Positions 8,028 through 17,574 of a stretch of 32,000 nucleotides of DNA are shown in pieces. The position numbers were made by a program, and so were the translations under genes. Positions within the stretch are counted from its first letter, which is position 1; every line of letters starts with the position of its first letter. Source of the DNA: an uncultured archaeon (GTDB lineage Archaea > Asgardarchaeota > Jordiarchaeia > Jordiarchaeales > Jordiarchaeaceae); NCBI GenBank assembly GCA_964510585.1, contig CAZECW010000126.1, positions 2,734 through 34,733 of the forward strand, read 5' to 3'. The notes beneath the pieces were generated by a model that saw nothing but the letters and a program-made list of their open reading frames with translations, was not told the origin of the DNA and made no database searches.

Positions 8028-10229
8028 TTAGAGTGTGTCTATGTATTCTGAAGCTTCTGGTGGTTCTGGTTTAAGTCCTTTTCTCTTGCGGATTTCTGCT
8101 ATTACTTCTTTCGCTAAGCTTTTCGGTAATGCTTCCCATCTTGTGAATTGTGTTTGCCAGAAGGCTCTTCCGGAGGTTTTCGAACGCATGTCGTTAGCTA
8201 GTCCAAATGTTTCTCTAACTGGTATTTCTCCCGTTATGAAGGTTAGTGGGCCCTTCTGCTGCACATCGATTACGCGGCCTCGTCTCTGTGATAGTATGCC
8301 TGAAACCGTGCCTATGTAATCCTGGGGAATAGTGATTTGGATTTTGTAAATGGGTTCCAATAATGTGGGTTCGTCGCTTAGAAACGCGCCCCATATTGCC
8401 CTTCTAGTCATGGGCATTATTTGGGCTGGGCCTCTGTGAATGGGGTCTTCGTGGAGCTGGCAGTCTGTTATGTTAATTCTTATACCTCTTATTGGTTCCT
8501 CGGCTAACGGGCCTGCCTCAGTAGCCCACCTGGCTCCTGCTATCATGGTGTCTTTAACTTCTCTCAAATATTGAACTCCTTTAGTTTGGTCTACAATTAT
8601 GTTCACGTGTTCATCTATCGCCCATACGTTTCTTGCGTCCTTAGCATCCCAACCAGCCTTTTCTCTCAGAATTTTGGTTCTAGTAGCTGCGTCCTGATAT
8701 TCAGATATTTCCCCATTGACTATAAGATCAATGGTCTCTTGGTTAAGCGGTTCTACAGTTATCCAAACTCTACTATGCTTGTTAGGGCTTTTACCCAGTA
8801 TTGGACCAGCAGGACTGGTGACTGTTTCGCGATAAACAACTATGGGCTGGGAGGTCACTACATCCACCGCTGACTGTATTTCCTTCACTGAGATTTCAAG
8901 ATGAAGTTCACCCATTCCCGACAACAGGTACTCGCCAGTTTCTTGATTAATAGTAGTCACAAGGTTGGGGTCTTGAATGGACAATTTTTGCATCAGGTCA
9001 ATGAGCTTCGGTAAGTCCTTAGGATGTTTCGGCTCAACAGCTATCGTGATTACAGGTTCTGAAACATACTTGATTTTTTCAAAAGGAACCATCTGATCTT
9101 TTATGCTTTCACTAACCACTGTTTCACCAGCCCTAGCAATGTCCAAACCCAATAAAGCTGCTATGTTGCCTGCTGGGATGGTGTCCACAATTTCTCGTCG
9201 AGCACCCATGTAAATACTCGTCTGTTGCACACGGTAACCTTTCTTACCCATAAGAAGATAGACATTGTCCCCTTCACTTATAGTTCCAGAAAAAACTCTT
9301 CCAGTTGAAACAATTCCCGCATGTGGATCCACAACAACTTTATTGAGACATATCACAGTCGGTGCATTTTCATCACAGGCCTTCATAGCTTTTCCAATTT
9401 CGCTCTCTGGATCACCAAGCCAAATCTTGGGAATTCGATAAGGCTGAGCCTCTAAGGGGTTAGGCAAGTGGTTCACAAACATATCCAAAATTGCTGAGTG
9501 TACAGGAAGTATCTCCTTCAAATCTTCAAAATGCTCATTACTATAATACGCAACAATATCACTGAACTTTAACCCCTTCTCCTGCATCTGAGGGATGGTA
9601 AAACCCCAACCGTGAAGCGCAGAACCAAAAGCAACAGAACCCGCTGCAGGATTCACCTTCCACTTATCCTTAAACTCCTTTTCCCCATAAGTATCTATGA
9701 GCCCATTGAAATCCCTTATTATCCTATTAAGCTTCTCCTGCACCTGAGGAGCATCCAACTTAAGCTCCCGAATCAAACGATCAATCTTGTTAATAAAAAG
9801 CACAGGTTTAACCCTTTCCCCTAATGCCTGCCTAGTCACCGTCTCTGTCTGAACCATCACCTCCTCAACAGCATCAACCACCACAAGCGCACCATCAATA
9901 GCACGAAGCGCCCGCGTAACATTACCAGTAAAATCAACATGGCCCGGTGTATCAATAAGGTTGATGACGTATGATTTCCCCTCGATATCGTGTAGGAGGG
10001 AAATGTTTGCAGCCTTTATTGTTATGCCTCTTTTCTGTTCTTCTTCCAAGTAGTCTAGTGCCCTTGCTTCTCCTGCGATGCTGGGAGATAGTAACCCTGC
10101 CTCTGCCAATAATGAGTCGGAAAGAGTTGTTTTACCGTGGTCAATGTGTGCAATTATTCCCGTATTTCTTATGTGTTCCTTGTCTCTCATTAGCTTCAAT
10201 ATTTCCTCGGTTTGTTTGAATCTTGGCAT
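8028..10229 (-). CDS. fusA: Translation elongation factor 2
   Basis: AHIDHGKTTLSD, DTPGHVDF, NKID, GMGELHL and the diphthamide loop HEDPIHRGPAQ. ATG at 10229 preceded by GAGGTG. Confidence 0.99.
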   Translation of the reverse strand: MPRFKQTEEILKLMRDKEHIRNTGIIAHIDHGKTTLSDSLLAEAGLLSPSIAGEARALDYLEEEQKRGITIKAANISLLHDIEGKSYVINLIDTPGHVDFTGNVTRALRAIDGALVVVDAVEEVMVQTETVTRQALGERVKPVLFINKIDRLIRELKLDAPQVQEKLNRIIRDFNGLIDTYGEKEFKDKWKVNPAAGSVAFGSALHGWGFTIPQMQEKGLKFSDIVAYYSNEHFEDLKEILPVHSAILDMFVNHLPNPLEAQPYRIPKIWLGDPESEIGKAMKACDENAPTVICLNKVVVDPHAGIVSTGRVFSGTISEGDNVYLLMGKKGYRVQQTSIYMGARREIVDTIPAGNIAALLGLDIARAGETVVSESIKDQMVPFEKIKYVSEPVITIAVEPKHPKDLPKLIDLMQKLSIQDPNLVTTINQETGEYLLSGMGELHLEISVKEIQSAVDVVTSQPIVVYRETVTSPAGPILGKSPNKHSRVWITVEPLNQETIDLIVNGEISEYQDAATRTKILREKAGWDAKDARNVWAIDEHVNIIVDQTKGVQYLREVKDTMIAGARWATEAGPLAEEPIRGIRINITDCQLHEDPIHRGPAQIMPMTRRAIWGAFLSDEPTLLEPIYKIQITIPQDYIGTVSGILSQRRGRVIDVQQKGPLTFITGEIPVRETFGLANDMRSKTSGRAFWQTQFTRWEALPKSLAKEVIAEIRKRKGLKPEPPEASEYIDTL

Positions 10230-10729
10230 TACTAACACCTCATAGCGTTGAGCGTCTTGGCATTCTAAGCGTAGTGAGTTATACTAAAGATTTTTGTGGA
10301 ATTCTACATTTTTTATAAATATCCTTAGAAACCCAATTATGGTAAGCAACGCCTAGAAAAATGCCTCATATTTTTATTTCATAACACCTAAAATAGTAAT
10401 AGCTTCCCGATTTATGTTTTACTCATTTATATTTTTTGCTAATGGGATTGCCGATAGCACGAACATTTACTCAACTCTTCCTAGAGATTTTCCTGAGTAC
10501 CTTTTGGCATAAAGGAACAGATATGCATTTTTAGTGTCTAGTTGGGTGTTTGTATTTTTGTTTATGGGTTGTATATAAAATCGGGTTATACGTTAGTTTG
10601 CAAATAAGTCTCAATAGAAGAGTTAAAAGAACTTCTACATATAAAGGCACGACTATTAAATTGGGTTAAGAAAATGTTGAAAAACTTTTTATACTGTGCC
10701 TCGCTCTTCAACTCATCTAATTCAGTACA

Positions 10730-11083
10730 TTGGAGGAGTTCTCAGTGACTGCAGTGTCGCTAGAGGTACGGTGTGAGGTTGAACAGGCCGGCGAGTACCA
10801 AAAATATGAATACCTTGTATATGATATCTATGGAATTGGGGTTATTGGTTACGGAGTTGTTTACCAAAAAGGAAATAACGCGGAGATAAAGATTATAAAC
10901 GTTGACCGCTTCCACAGAGGAGAAGGCATCGGAAGTTCATTGCTTCAGAGGATAATTAGTGATCATTCGGAGAGAACCATCTATGTAAGGACCTTTGAAT
11001 CGCTTGTTCCTTGGTACGAGAAATTTGGCTTCAAACTATACTCCGAACCATTATTATTAGTGAGACCTTCATCTGTGGTTTAG
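10730..11083 (+). CDS. GNAT family N-acetyltransferase
   Basis: INVDRFHRGEGIGSSLL acetyl-CoA motif; WYEKFGF. Confidence 0.85.
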   Translation: MEEFSVTAVSLEVRCEVEQAGEYQKYEYLVYDIYGIGVIGYGVVYQKGNNAEIKIINVDRFHRGEGIGSSLLQRIISDHSERTIYVRTFESLVPWYEKFGFKLYSEPLLLVRPSSVV

Positions 11084-11451
11084 AATGGGCCACCACACTC
11101 TCCCATAGAAGAAGTAAGAAAGTGTATAGGGCTATTTTAGTGGGTCTTTACCAGTAAAAAATCAGGTACAAGACCTTCCCCCTTTTCTTTTATTTTGTCC
11201 CATTTATTACATATTTTTGGCGAATATCTTTTTCCAAATTCTGCTTCCTTTAAACTATATTTCCCGAAAACCCAGCTAGAAAGGGCCTCCCTCAACTTGC
11301 TAATTTTTTAGAAACCGGGGAGATGTGGACAAAGTACAACCTATTTTTTAATCTTCTTTAAATTGAAGGTGATTCTGGGTTCTCCTCCTTCTTTTTTTGC
11401 ATTTTTCAAAACTATATTTTTCGCTGGGCTTATTTAAGATGTGTTCAGGTA

Positions 11452-12045
11452 TTATTCTGATTCGCAGACTCCTTCTTTTGCCAATCGGGAAAGTTCTTCT
11501 CGTCCTTGTATGAACCCTCGGGCGATTAGGGTGTCTTTTTCTTTTAGTTTGAATGAATCGGGCGGGTTATAGTACCATTTCTTGCCCCTACGGACTGCTA
11601 TTATTCGCATCCCTATTTTATCATCCAGTGCAGCTTTTCCTATCGTCTTATTTACGAGGGGGGAATCCTTATTGAGGCAAACTCGGGTTATTGTTTCCTC
11701 TGCCTGCTCAAAAACCAGTTTCAAAACTGGGTGGGGCTCAATACCTCTCAGAACTATGTCTGCTATGTATGCTGCGGCGTCAGCTATATTTTCTGATGCT
11801 ACTCCAATTCTGATTAATCCCAGCTTTGTTTGTGGATTAATTAATTCGTCTTTAATATTCAGAACAGCTAGTTCAAAATCTACGTGTAATTTATCAAAAA
11901 ACTTTTCCAGATTGGAAAGCTCCTCCGCTATTTCTTTGCTGTTAAAGAGAAGGGCAGAGTAGGCCAAATCCACCATCAGTTCCGAGGTGTTCTTCATCTC
12001 AACCAACATATCCTCTATCGATTTTAACCTCTGTTCAGACTTCAT
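11452..12045 (-). CDS. PhoU-like plus TrkA-C (RCK_C) domain protein
   Basis: EMKNTSELMVDLAYSALLF...ENIADAA, followed by GMRIIAVRRGKKWYYNP. Confidence 0.85.
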   Translation of the reverse strand: MKSEQRLKSIEDMLVEMKNTSELMVDLAYSALLFNSKEIAEELSNLEKFFDKLHVDFELAVLNIKDELINPQTKLGLIRIGVASENIADAAAYIADIVLRGIEPHPVLKLVFEQAEETITRVCLNKDSPLVNKTIGKAALDDKIGMRIIAVRRGKKWYYNPPDSFKLKEKDTLIARGFIQGREELSRLAKEGVCESE

Positions 12046-12047
12046 TT

Positions 12048-12656
12048 TTACTCTTCCCCTCCCAATAATTTACCCGCCGCAAGAGCTTTAAACCTTTCAA
12101 TACCCACATCTGAACCCCGGGCTATTACCACATCACCGGGCTCCAACATAAATTTCTCATCAGGATTAATAATTAACCTTTTCCCACGCCTAAGCGCTAT
12201 AATATCCACACCCACACGGTCAACCCTACCAAGCATATCTAATGTTTTATTAACAATCGAGGAATTTTCAGAAACCTTAACACGCGCCAAACGTTCTTCA
12301 GCCTTAACAAAAGCACTTATCACCAGTCGAGGATCAGCCCCACGAAGTATCGTTGCCGCAATGTCCCCAGCAGCATCAGAAATTTTATCTGTCGCTGAGG
12401 CAACCTTCATAATACCCACAATCTGCTCCGCATCGTTCTTGTCCCTCACAGCAAGAGCCGCATTCATAAGAAGCAGATAGCTGAGCGAATCTATTCGCTC
12501 CTCCAGCTCCAGGACTTCCTCTACCAATTCAGAATCATTAAACATTATAGCGGAATAAGCCAAATCAATCATTAACTCAGAAATATCCTTCATCTCGGTA
12601 AGAAGTTCCCTCACACTCAGTGGCTTATACTCTATCTCTTCCTCTTCATCTGCCAC
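12048..12656 (-). CDS. PhoU-like plus TrkA-C (RCK_C) domain protein, paralog of the adjacent gene
   Basis: EMKDISELMIDLAYSAIMF...DKISDAAGDIA, GVDIIALRRGK. 2-nt gap to the next gene. Confidence 0.85.
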   Translation of the reverse strand: MADEEEEIEYKPLSVRELLTEMKDISELMIDLAYSAIMFNDSELVEEVLELEERIDSLSYLLLMNAALAVRDKNDAEQIVGIMKVASATDKISDAAGDIAATILRGADPRLVISAFVKAEERLARVKVSENSSIVNKTLDMLGRVDRVGVDIIALRRGKRLIINPDEKFMLEPGDVVIARGSDVGIERFKALAAGKLLGGEE

Positions 12657-13053
12657 TAGTTAATCCTCCTACAAAATGACAAAACAACAATACAACCACT
12701 TGAAGCCAATTTTATTTATTGCAGTCTCACGTATAAAAACAAGTAACAACAAAATAAAAGTTTCCTCAAAACACTCAAGAATGCCTTTACCTGTTTTAGA
12801 AAATCATTCGGCACTAACCCAAATACATACTATACAACAATTTTAGAATTATTCCTCATAATTATCAAATAAAGTGAAATTATCACAAAAATAGTAAAAT
12901 AGCCGATTTTCACCCTCAAACTAGAAAGAAAAATTAAAAGGCGCTTATCACCCCTTCACTGTATAGAACTGTTAAATGATGAATCAAGCCCAATACATTA
13001 CTCTTCAAAAAACGCATCACTCTCCAATAAATTTTTTATTAGGTGATTTCGCG

Positions 13054-14232
13054 ATGACCATAGTTTCAATAGTAAAAACCAATGGAAATGTTGAAGAAGG
13101 CGTCAGAAAAGCGGTAGAATTAGCAGGCGGCATCGACATAGAACCTGGCGCAAACATCCTCATAAAACCCAACCTCAGCTGCGCCAAACCATCAGGAAGC
13201 GGCCTAGTCACAAGCGTCGAAGTCATCTCCGCTATGGTAAGACTGGTAAAAGAGATGGGAGGCAAACCCCTAGTCGGAGACCTACCAATCGCCGGCTGGG
13301 ACCCAAAGGAAACATACAAAGTAACCGGAGTCAAAAAAGCAACAGAAGATGCCGGCGGACAATTCATCGACTTCAGCAAAGATCAACCCGTAACCATACA
13401 AATCCCAGATGCCGTAAAACTAAAAAGCGTAAAGCTAGTACGCACCGCACTCATCGCCGACGCCATAATCTCCCTACCCGTCCTCAAAGCACATTTCTTC
13501 ACAGGACTAACATTATGCATCAAAAACCTAAAAGGACTCACACTACAGGACCAAAGAACAAAAATGCATGTCCTAGGCCTATACGACCCTATAATTGACC
13601 TCTTTTCAGCTCTGAAAAGCAAGGTGATATTTGGATTAGTAGACGGCACGGTGGGCTGCGAATCAATAAGACCCTCCGGACCATACTACGGCCCCACCGA
13701 AGGAAAACCCATAAAACTTGATACCCTCATAGCAGGAAAGGACATCGTGGCAGTCGACAGTGTAGCGGCAGTAACTGCAGGAATAAAGCCCAAAAGCATG
13801 AAACTACTCCAAATCGCCTATGAGAGGGGACTAGGAGAAATAGAAGACATAGAAGTAAGAGGAGAAAAAATAAAGCCCCAAAAACTGAAACAAACCCTAT
13901 TTGGGCGAGTCATGGGCAGTCTAAACAGCCTGTGGACGTCCAAAATTGCCAACCCCATAACTCACCCCCTAGTAAAGCGCCTTTTTGGACCACAGGTGCA
14001 AAGTCTACGATCCGTTGAAAAAGAACTCCAAGAAGTCGTTCCCAGCAAAATAGTGCTAGCCGGCAAATGTGACAATTGCGGAATATGCGTCAAGAGCTGC
14101 AGCATAGGCAACATAAAACTGGGCAAAAACGGACCAATAATAGGCGATAAATGCTTGGTGTGCTTAATATGCGTTGAAGCATGCCCTCTAAATGCTTTGG
14201 CGGTTAAAAGGGTTGAGGAGGTTTCAGCTTAG
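13054..14232 (+). CDS. DUF362 domain protein with C-terminal 2x[4Fe-4S] ferredoxin domain
   Basis: ILIKPN, LPVLKAH...LTLCIKNLKG, DIVAVD; CDNCGICVKSC and CLVCLICVEACP. ATG 13054 follows AGGTGA. Confidence 0.88.
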   Translation: MTIVSIVKTNGNVEEGVRKAVELAGGIDIEPGANILIKPNLSCAKPSGSGLVTSVEVISAMVRLVKEMGGKPLVGDLPIAGWDPKETYKVTGVKKATEDAGGQFIDFSKDQPVTIQIPDAVKLKSVKLVRTALIADAIISLPVLKAHFFTGLTLCIKNLKGLTLQDQRTKMHVLGLYDPIIDLFSALKSKVIFGLVDGTVGCESIRPSGPYYGPTEGKPIKLDTLIAGKDIVAVDSVAAVTAGIKPKSMKLLQIAYERGLGEIEDIEVRGEKIKPQKLKQTLFGRVMGSLNSLWTSKIANPITHPLVKRLFGPQVQSLRSVEKELQEVVPSKIVLAGKCDNCGICVKSCSIGNIKLGKNGPIIGDKCLVCLICVEACPLNALAVKRVEEVSA

Positions 14233-15630
14233 TAGCCAGTTGGGTTTTCCTAGATAGTATTTTGTTAAAAATTCGGCGAAGTCCGGATTTTGGAGGTAGA
14301 TGTTGGATATTTCTGTGTTTAGGAGGATTTCGAATTTTTGGGAGATTTTTTCTGCGATGTATTTTCCGAGGCCTAGTGTTTTTATTTTGTTGCGGATTTC
14401 GTGGTCTAGTAGTTTGTCGGCTCTAGTGTGTTGGCGTAGGAGTTCTACTATCCATTTTCCATTTTCTATTCGGGGTCCGGATACTGTTTTGTCTGATTTG
14501 GTGTGTTTTTTTAGGAAGGGGGGTTGGCCGATGCTTCCGGGTGGGGGGCCTAGATGTTTGTATGTTTTGGGGATTGTTATGCTTTCAAACTCTAGTATTA
14601 GGATTGTTTTTTCTTCTCCGGACCAGGCGTCTTTGTTGATTATTTTGAAGTCTTTGGATTCTAGGAAGTTTTTGAGGGCGTCGAGGGATTTGTAGATTTG
14701 GCCCCATAGGGTGTCTGGTGGGATTTTGGGTGTTTCGAATGTTAGGAATAGGGTGTCGGTTCCTTTTTTGTCGTGGAGGTTTTGGAGTTCTTCAGGGCTG
14801 AAGGGTTTGATTTTGTTTGGGAAAAAGAAGGTTTCTCGTGGTTCTTCTAGGAAGGCTTTTGATGCTGCTTTGAATTCTCCGATTTTTTGTTTGGTTAGTG
14901 CTGCGGAGACATTTCTTTTGGGGTCTACTGGGTCAATTACCACTAGTGGTTCGGAAAAAATTTTTTTAATTTCTTTGGTGTTGGTGTAGTGGTTTTCTAT
15001 GTCTATGATGTGTTGTGGTTTCCATTTGATGCATTCCTCGAGGAGGCGTGGGAAGGATGAGTAGTGCATCATCAAGATTTCGCACAGGTATCCAGAAAAT
15101 CCTCCAATTCTTATTTCGGCACCATAGGCATTTATTCCCATTAGGAATTGTTTCAGAAGTCTTACTTCTCTTTTTAAAGATTCGTTAAGATTTTTTTTGA
15201 TATAGGCGGTGTGGAGTGGGGTTCTGTCAACTGAGGAGACTAGTTCCGTGGCGTCGCTGATCTCGAAGCTGGGAACGAAATCAACTTGGAACTCCTCTAT
15301 TTCGGCACGCAGGTATGGGTGTTCGGCATATTTCTCCTCGCCTTTTCCTCCTGTTACTTTTCGCGCAATTTTTAATCCTAATTCTCCGATCTCTTTATAG
15401 GTGTAGGTTCTCGGAAAAACCATGAAAATATCGATGTCTGGATTTGTTTTTATCCAGGTGTCCTTTGCTATGGAACCTACAAGTAAGGGATTGACGGTGA
15501 TGTTTAGATTCACCGCTTCTTCCCTCACCCTTCTAATTAACTCTTGGGATAGGCGTTCTACTTTCATTCTATCTTCTGTTGAAGGTGTAATTTTCTTGGA
15601 TACCTTTTCGCACACTGTTTCTAAATCCAA
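14224..15630 (-). CDS. cca: Class I CCA-adding enzyme (tRNA nucleotidyltransferase)
   Basis: VGSIAKDTW...DIDIF, YAEHPY, SVDRTPLHT, GAEIRIGGFSGYLCEIL, IDPVDPKRNVSAA. Start placed at TTG 15630 (ORF is open to 15660). Confidence 0.96.
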   Translation of the reverse strand: MDLETVCEKVSKKITPSTEDRMKVERLSQELIRRVREEAVNLNITVNPLLVGSIAKDTWIKTNPDIDIFMVFPRTYTYKEIGELGLKIARKVTGGKGEEKYAEHPYLRAEIEEFQVDFVPSFEISDATELVSSVDRTPLHTAYIKKNLNESLKREVRLLKQFLMGINAYGAEIRIGGFSGYLCEILMMHYSSFPRLLEECIKWKPQHIIDIENHYTNTKEIKKIFSEPLVVIDPVDPKRNVSAALTKQKIGEFKAASKAFLEEPRETFFFPNKIKPFSPEELQNLHDKKGTDTLFLTFETPKIPPDTLWGQIYKSLDALKNFLESKDFKIINKDAWSGEEKTILILEFESITIPKTYKHLGPPPGSIGQPPFLKKHTKSDKTVSGPRIENGKWIVELLRQHTRADKLLDHEIRNKIKTLGLGKYIAEKISQKFEILLNTEISNIYLQNPDFAEFLTKYYLGKPNWLLS

Positions 15631-15676
15631 AGTTCGATCCCCAAAAATACACGATACCAATTATAGATATTTAGAC

Positions 15677-16234
15677 TTAAGGTACACTTCTTAGTGTACT
15701 GTATTTGGGTCCTTTCGGGGTGAGTTTGCTTTCCTTTAAACGAATGGAGTTTACTGTCATGGTTCCGATTTCTAGAGATGAAAGGTTGGAAATTAATTTG
15801 GCTAGCTTGTCTTTATTATGTACACTTTTCACCCTGGCAATGGTTGCATGTGGGGTGTATTCTCTCCCTTCGGGTTTAAATTTGAGCTTTCTAATCTGTG
15901 TTTCTAAATCGTTGTATATGCGAATAATCTCCTCTTTACCTTTCCGGGCTCCTACCCAAATATTATTTATTCTGGATAAACTGGGAAAGCAGCCTACTCC
16001 ATAGAGTTCAAGTTCTATGGGTGTGAATTCAATGCTCTTCATACCTTCGTAAACTTTATCGACCATTGCAGGACTGATATTATCCAGAAATCTGAGCGTA
16101 AAGTGAAGATTTTCTGGTTCCACGAGTTTTAGCTTGGCACCTGTTTTTGCTAGCTCCTGTTGGATATCGAGAATTTTTTGAACTAAATTATTATCTTCGA
16201 TGTCAATCGCTATGAATGCTCTAATGCCTTCCAG
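15677..16234 (-). CDS. thpR: RNA 2',3'-cyclic phosphodiesterase / 2'-5' RNA ligase (2H family)
   Basis: Two 2H motifs, LHFTL and PHATI. The conserved N-terminus IRAFIAID lies upstream of the GTG at 16123. Start is probably CTG 16234 (or ATT), after GGAGG. Confidence 0.9.
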   Translation of the reverse strand: MEGIRAFIAIDIEDNNLVQKILDIQQELAKTGAKLKLVEPENLHFTLRFLDNISPAMVDKVYEGMKSIEFTPIELELYGVGCFPSLSRINNIWVGARKGKEEIIRIYNDLETQIRKLKFKPEGREYTPHATIARVKSVHNKDKLAKLISNLSSLEIGTMTVNSIRLKESKLTPKGPKYSTLRSVP

Positions 16235-16324
16235 AAGATATTCCTCCTACTTCAGTTTCTACAATAATCATAAATTAGGTGATCTTGAGACATTTAGGAT
16301 TACTTTTACCTATATGACTAATGT

Positions 16325-16831
16325 CTATACTTCGTGTAAAACCTTTTTTAAAACTTTAGATAAATTCACCACCACCTCTTCTAGTTCGGGGGATAGTGGT
16401 TCACCAAAACCTGTGGATTTAGGTTGAATACCAATAAATGCTATCGAAACGTCTATGTTTTTTTTAAGATAATCAATAAATAAGCTGAGGGGAATTCTGT
16501 GGGTTGAAATTGAGAGTCCATCAATATTTGAGGAATCGATTATTCTTATGGTTCCCGGCTCCGCATCCATGTCTGCGGCGTCGATTACAATAATGTGTGA
16601 AGGTCTAATTCTGCGCAGTTTGCCCGTGAAGTTTTCGGGCGATGTGCCGGATTCGATAATGGCGACTTTTGAGGGGATTTTACTTTTTAACCTCTTGCAG
16701 ATTTCCATCCCAACGTAATCATCCCCCCGAAATTCGCTTCCCACACCTATTATTGCAACTTTTTTAGGTTTGTTAAGAAATTTTTTAAGCTTGTTCTCTA
16801 ATTCTTCATATGTCATAATATCTGACACCAA
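16325..16831 (-). CDS. hycI: Hydrogenase maturation peptidase, HycI type
   Basis: IIGVGSEFRGDDYVG, PENFTG, VIDAAD, STHRIPL, IGIQP. Confidence 0.9.
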   Translation of the reverse strand: MVSDIMTYEELENKLKKFLNKPKKVAIIGVGSEFRGDDYVGMEICKRLKSKIPSKVAIIESGTSPENFTGKLRRIRPSHIIVIDAADMDAEPGTIRIIDSSNIDGLSISTHRIPLSLFIDYLKKNIDVSIAFIGIQPKSTGFGEPLSPELEEVVVNLSKVLKKVLHEV

Positions 16832-16878
16832 TAATTGGTAATCAATGCATATAGAAAAGATCTCGATATAAAAATCTG

Positions 16879-17475
16879 GTGGAGCTTATGAACGAAAAAA
16901 ATGACTTAGAGGAGGAAAATGAAACAGAAGAGGCGGAAGAAGTAGTAGTAGAGGAAAAGGTGACTGCCCGCCTTAAAGAAGATGCCGTGATAGTCGGGGC
17001 AGAGGATGCTCAGAAGATTTATGAAAAAGGTTTCTATGGAGAAATTCAAGAGGATGGAACCCTCAAACTATCCCCCGTAGAATCACTACTCCTCGTGGAA
17101 AGAAACAGATTAGAAGTACTAAATGATAATAATGAAGTCCTAAATTTTCAGGCTCTTACAAAAATTTTTATGAAATATAATCCCAATCTCTGGTTAAAGT
17201 ATTTAGTCTACAGAGATTTAAGATCTAGAGGGTATGTTGTTAGGTCTGGGTATGGAGGGAATATAGATTTTAGGCTATACCCTAGGGGAGCGAAACTTGG
17301 AACTGACACTTCAAAAAGCCTCATCTACATTGTGAGTGAGGGTGCCCCAATTGGTTTGGAGGAGTTAGACAGAGTCACAAGGTTAGCGGTTTCTACAAGA
17401 AAGAGGTTAACTATGGCTGTGGTGAATCGGCAAGGGGAAGTCACATATTATCAAGTGTCTCAAGTATCGATTTGA
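16879..17475 (+). CDS. endA: tRNA splicing endonuclease subunit, probably the non-catalytic structural (beta) type
   Basis: LSPVESLLL, VYRDLRSRGYVV, DFRLY, RLAVSTRKRL. The catalytic Tyr and His positions appear replaced. Confidence 0.85.
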   Translation: MELMNEKNDLEEENETEEAEEVVVEEKVTARLKEDAVIVGAEDAQKIYEKGFYGEIQEDGTLKLSPVESLLLVERNRLEVLNDNNEVLNFQALTKIFMKYNPNLWLKYLVYRDLRSRGYVVRSGYGGNIDFRLYPRGAKLGTDTSKSLIYIVSEGAPIGLEELDRVTRLAVSTRKRLTMAVVNRQGEVTYYQVSQVSI

Positions 17476-17574
17476 GCGTATACTAATTAATCAACTCTCT
17501 ATATGTCACAAGGGGAATACTTGGTTTTATCTATCTTTAGATTAATTTTTTACATCTAGCTAGGGTGCTGTGGA

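Noticed and set aside
12043-12050. Possible frameshifted single gene across the two PhoU/TrkA-C ORFs
   Set aside because: Each ORF is a complete PhoU plus TrkA-C unit with its own start and stop. A two-gene arrangement explains it.
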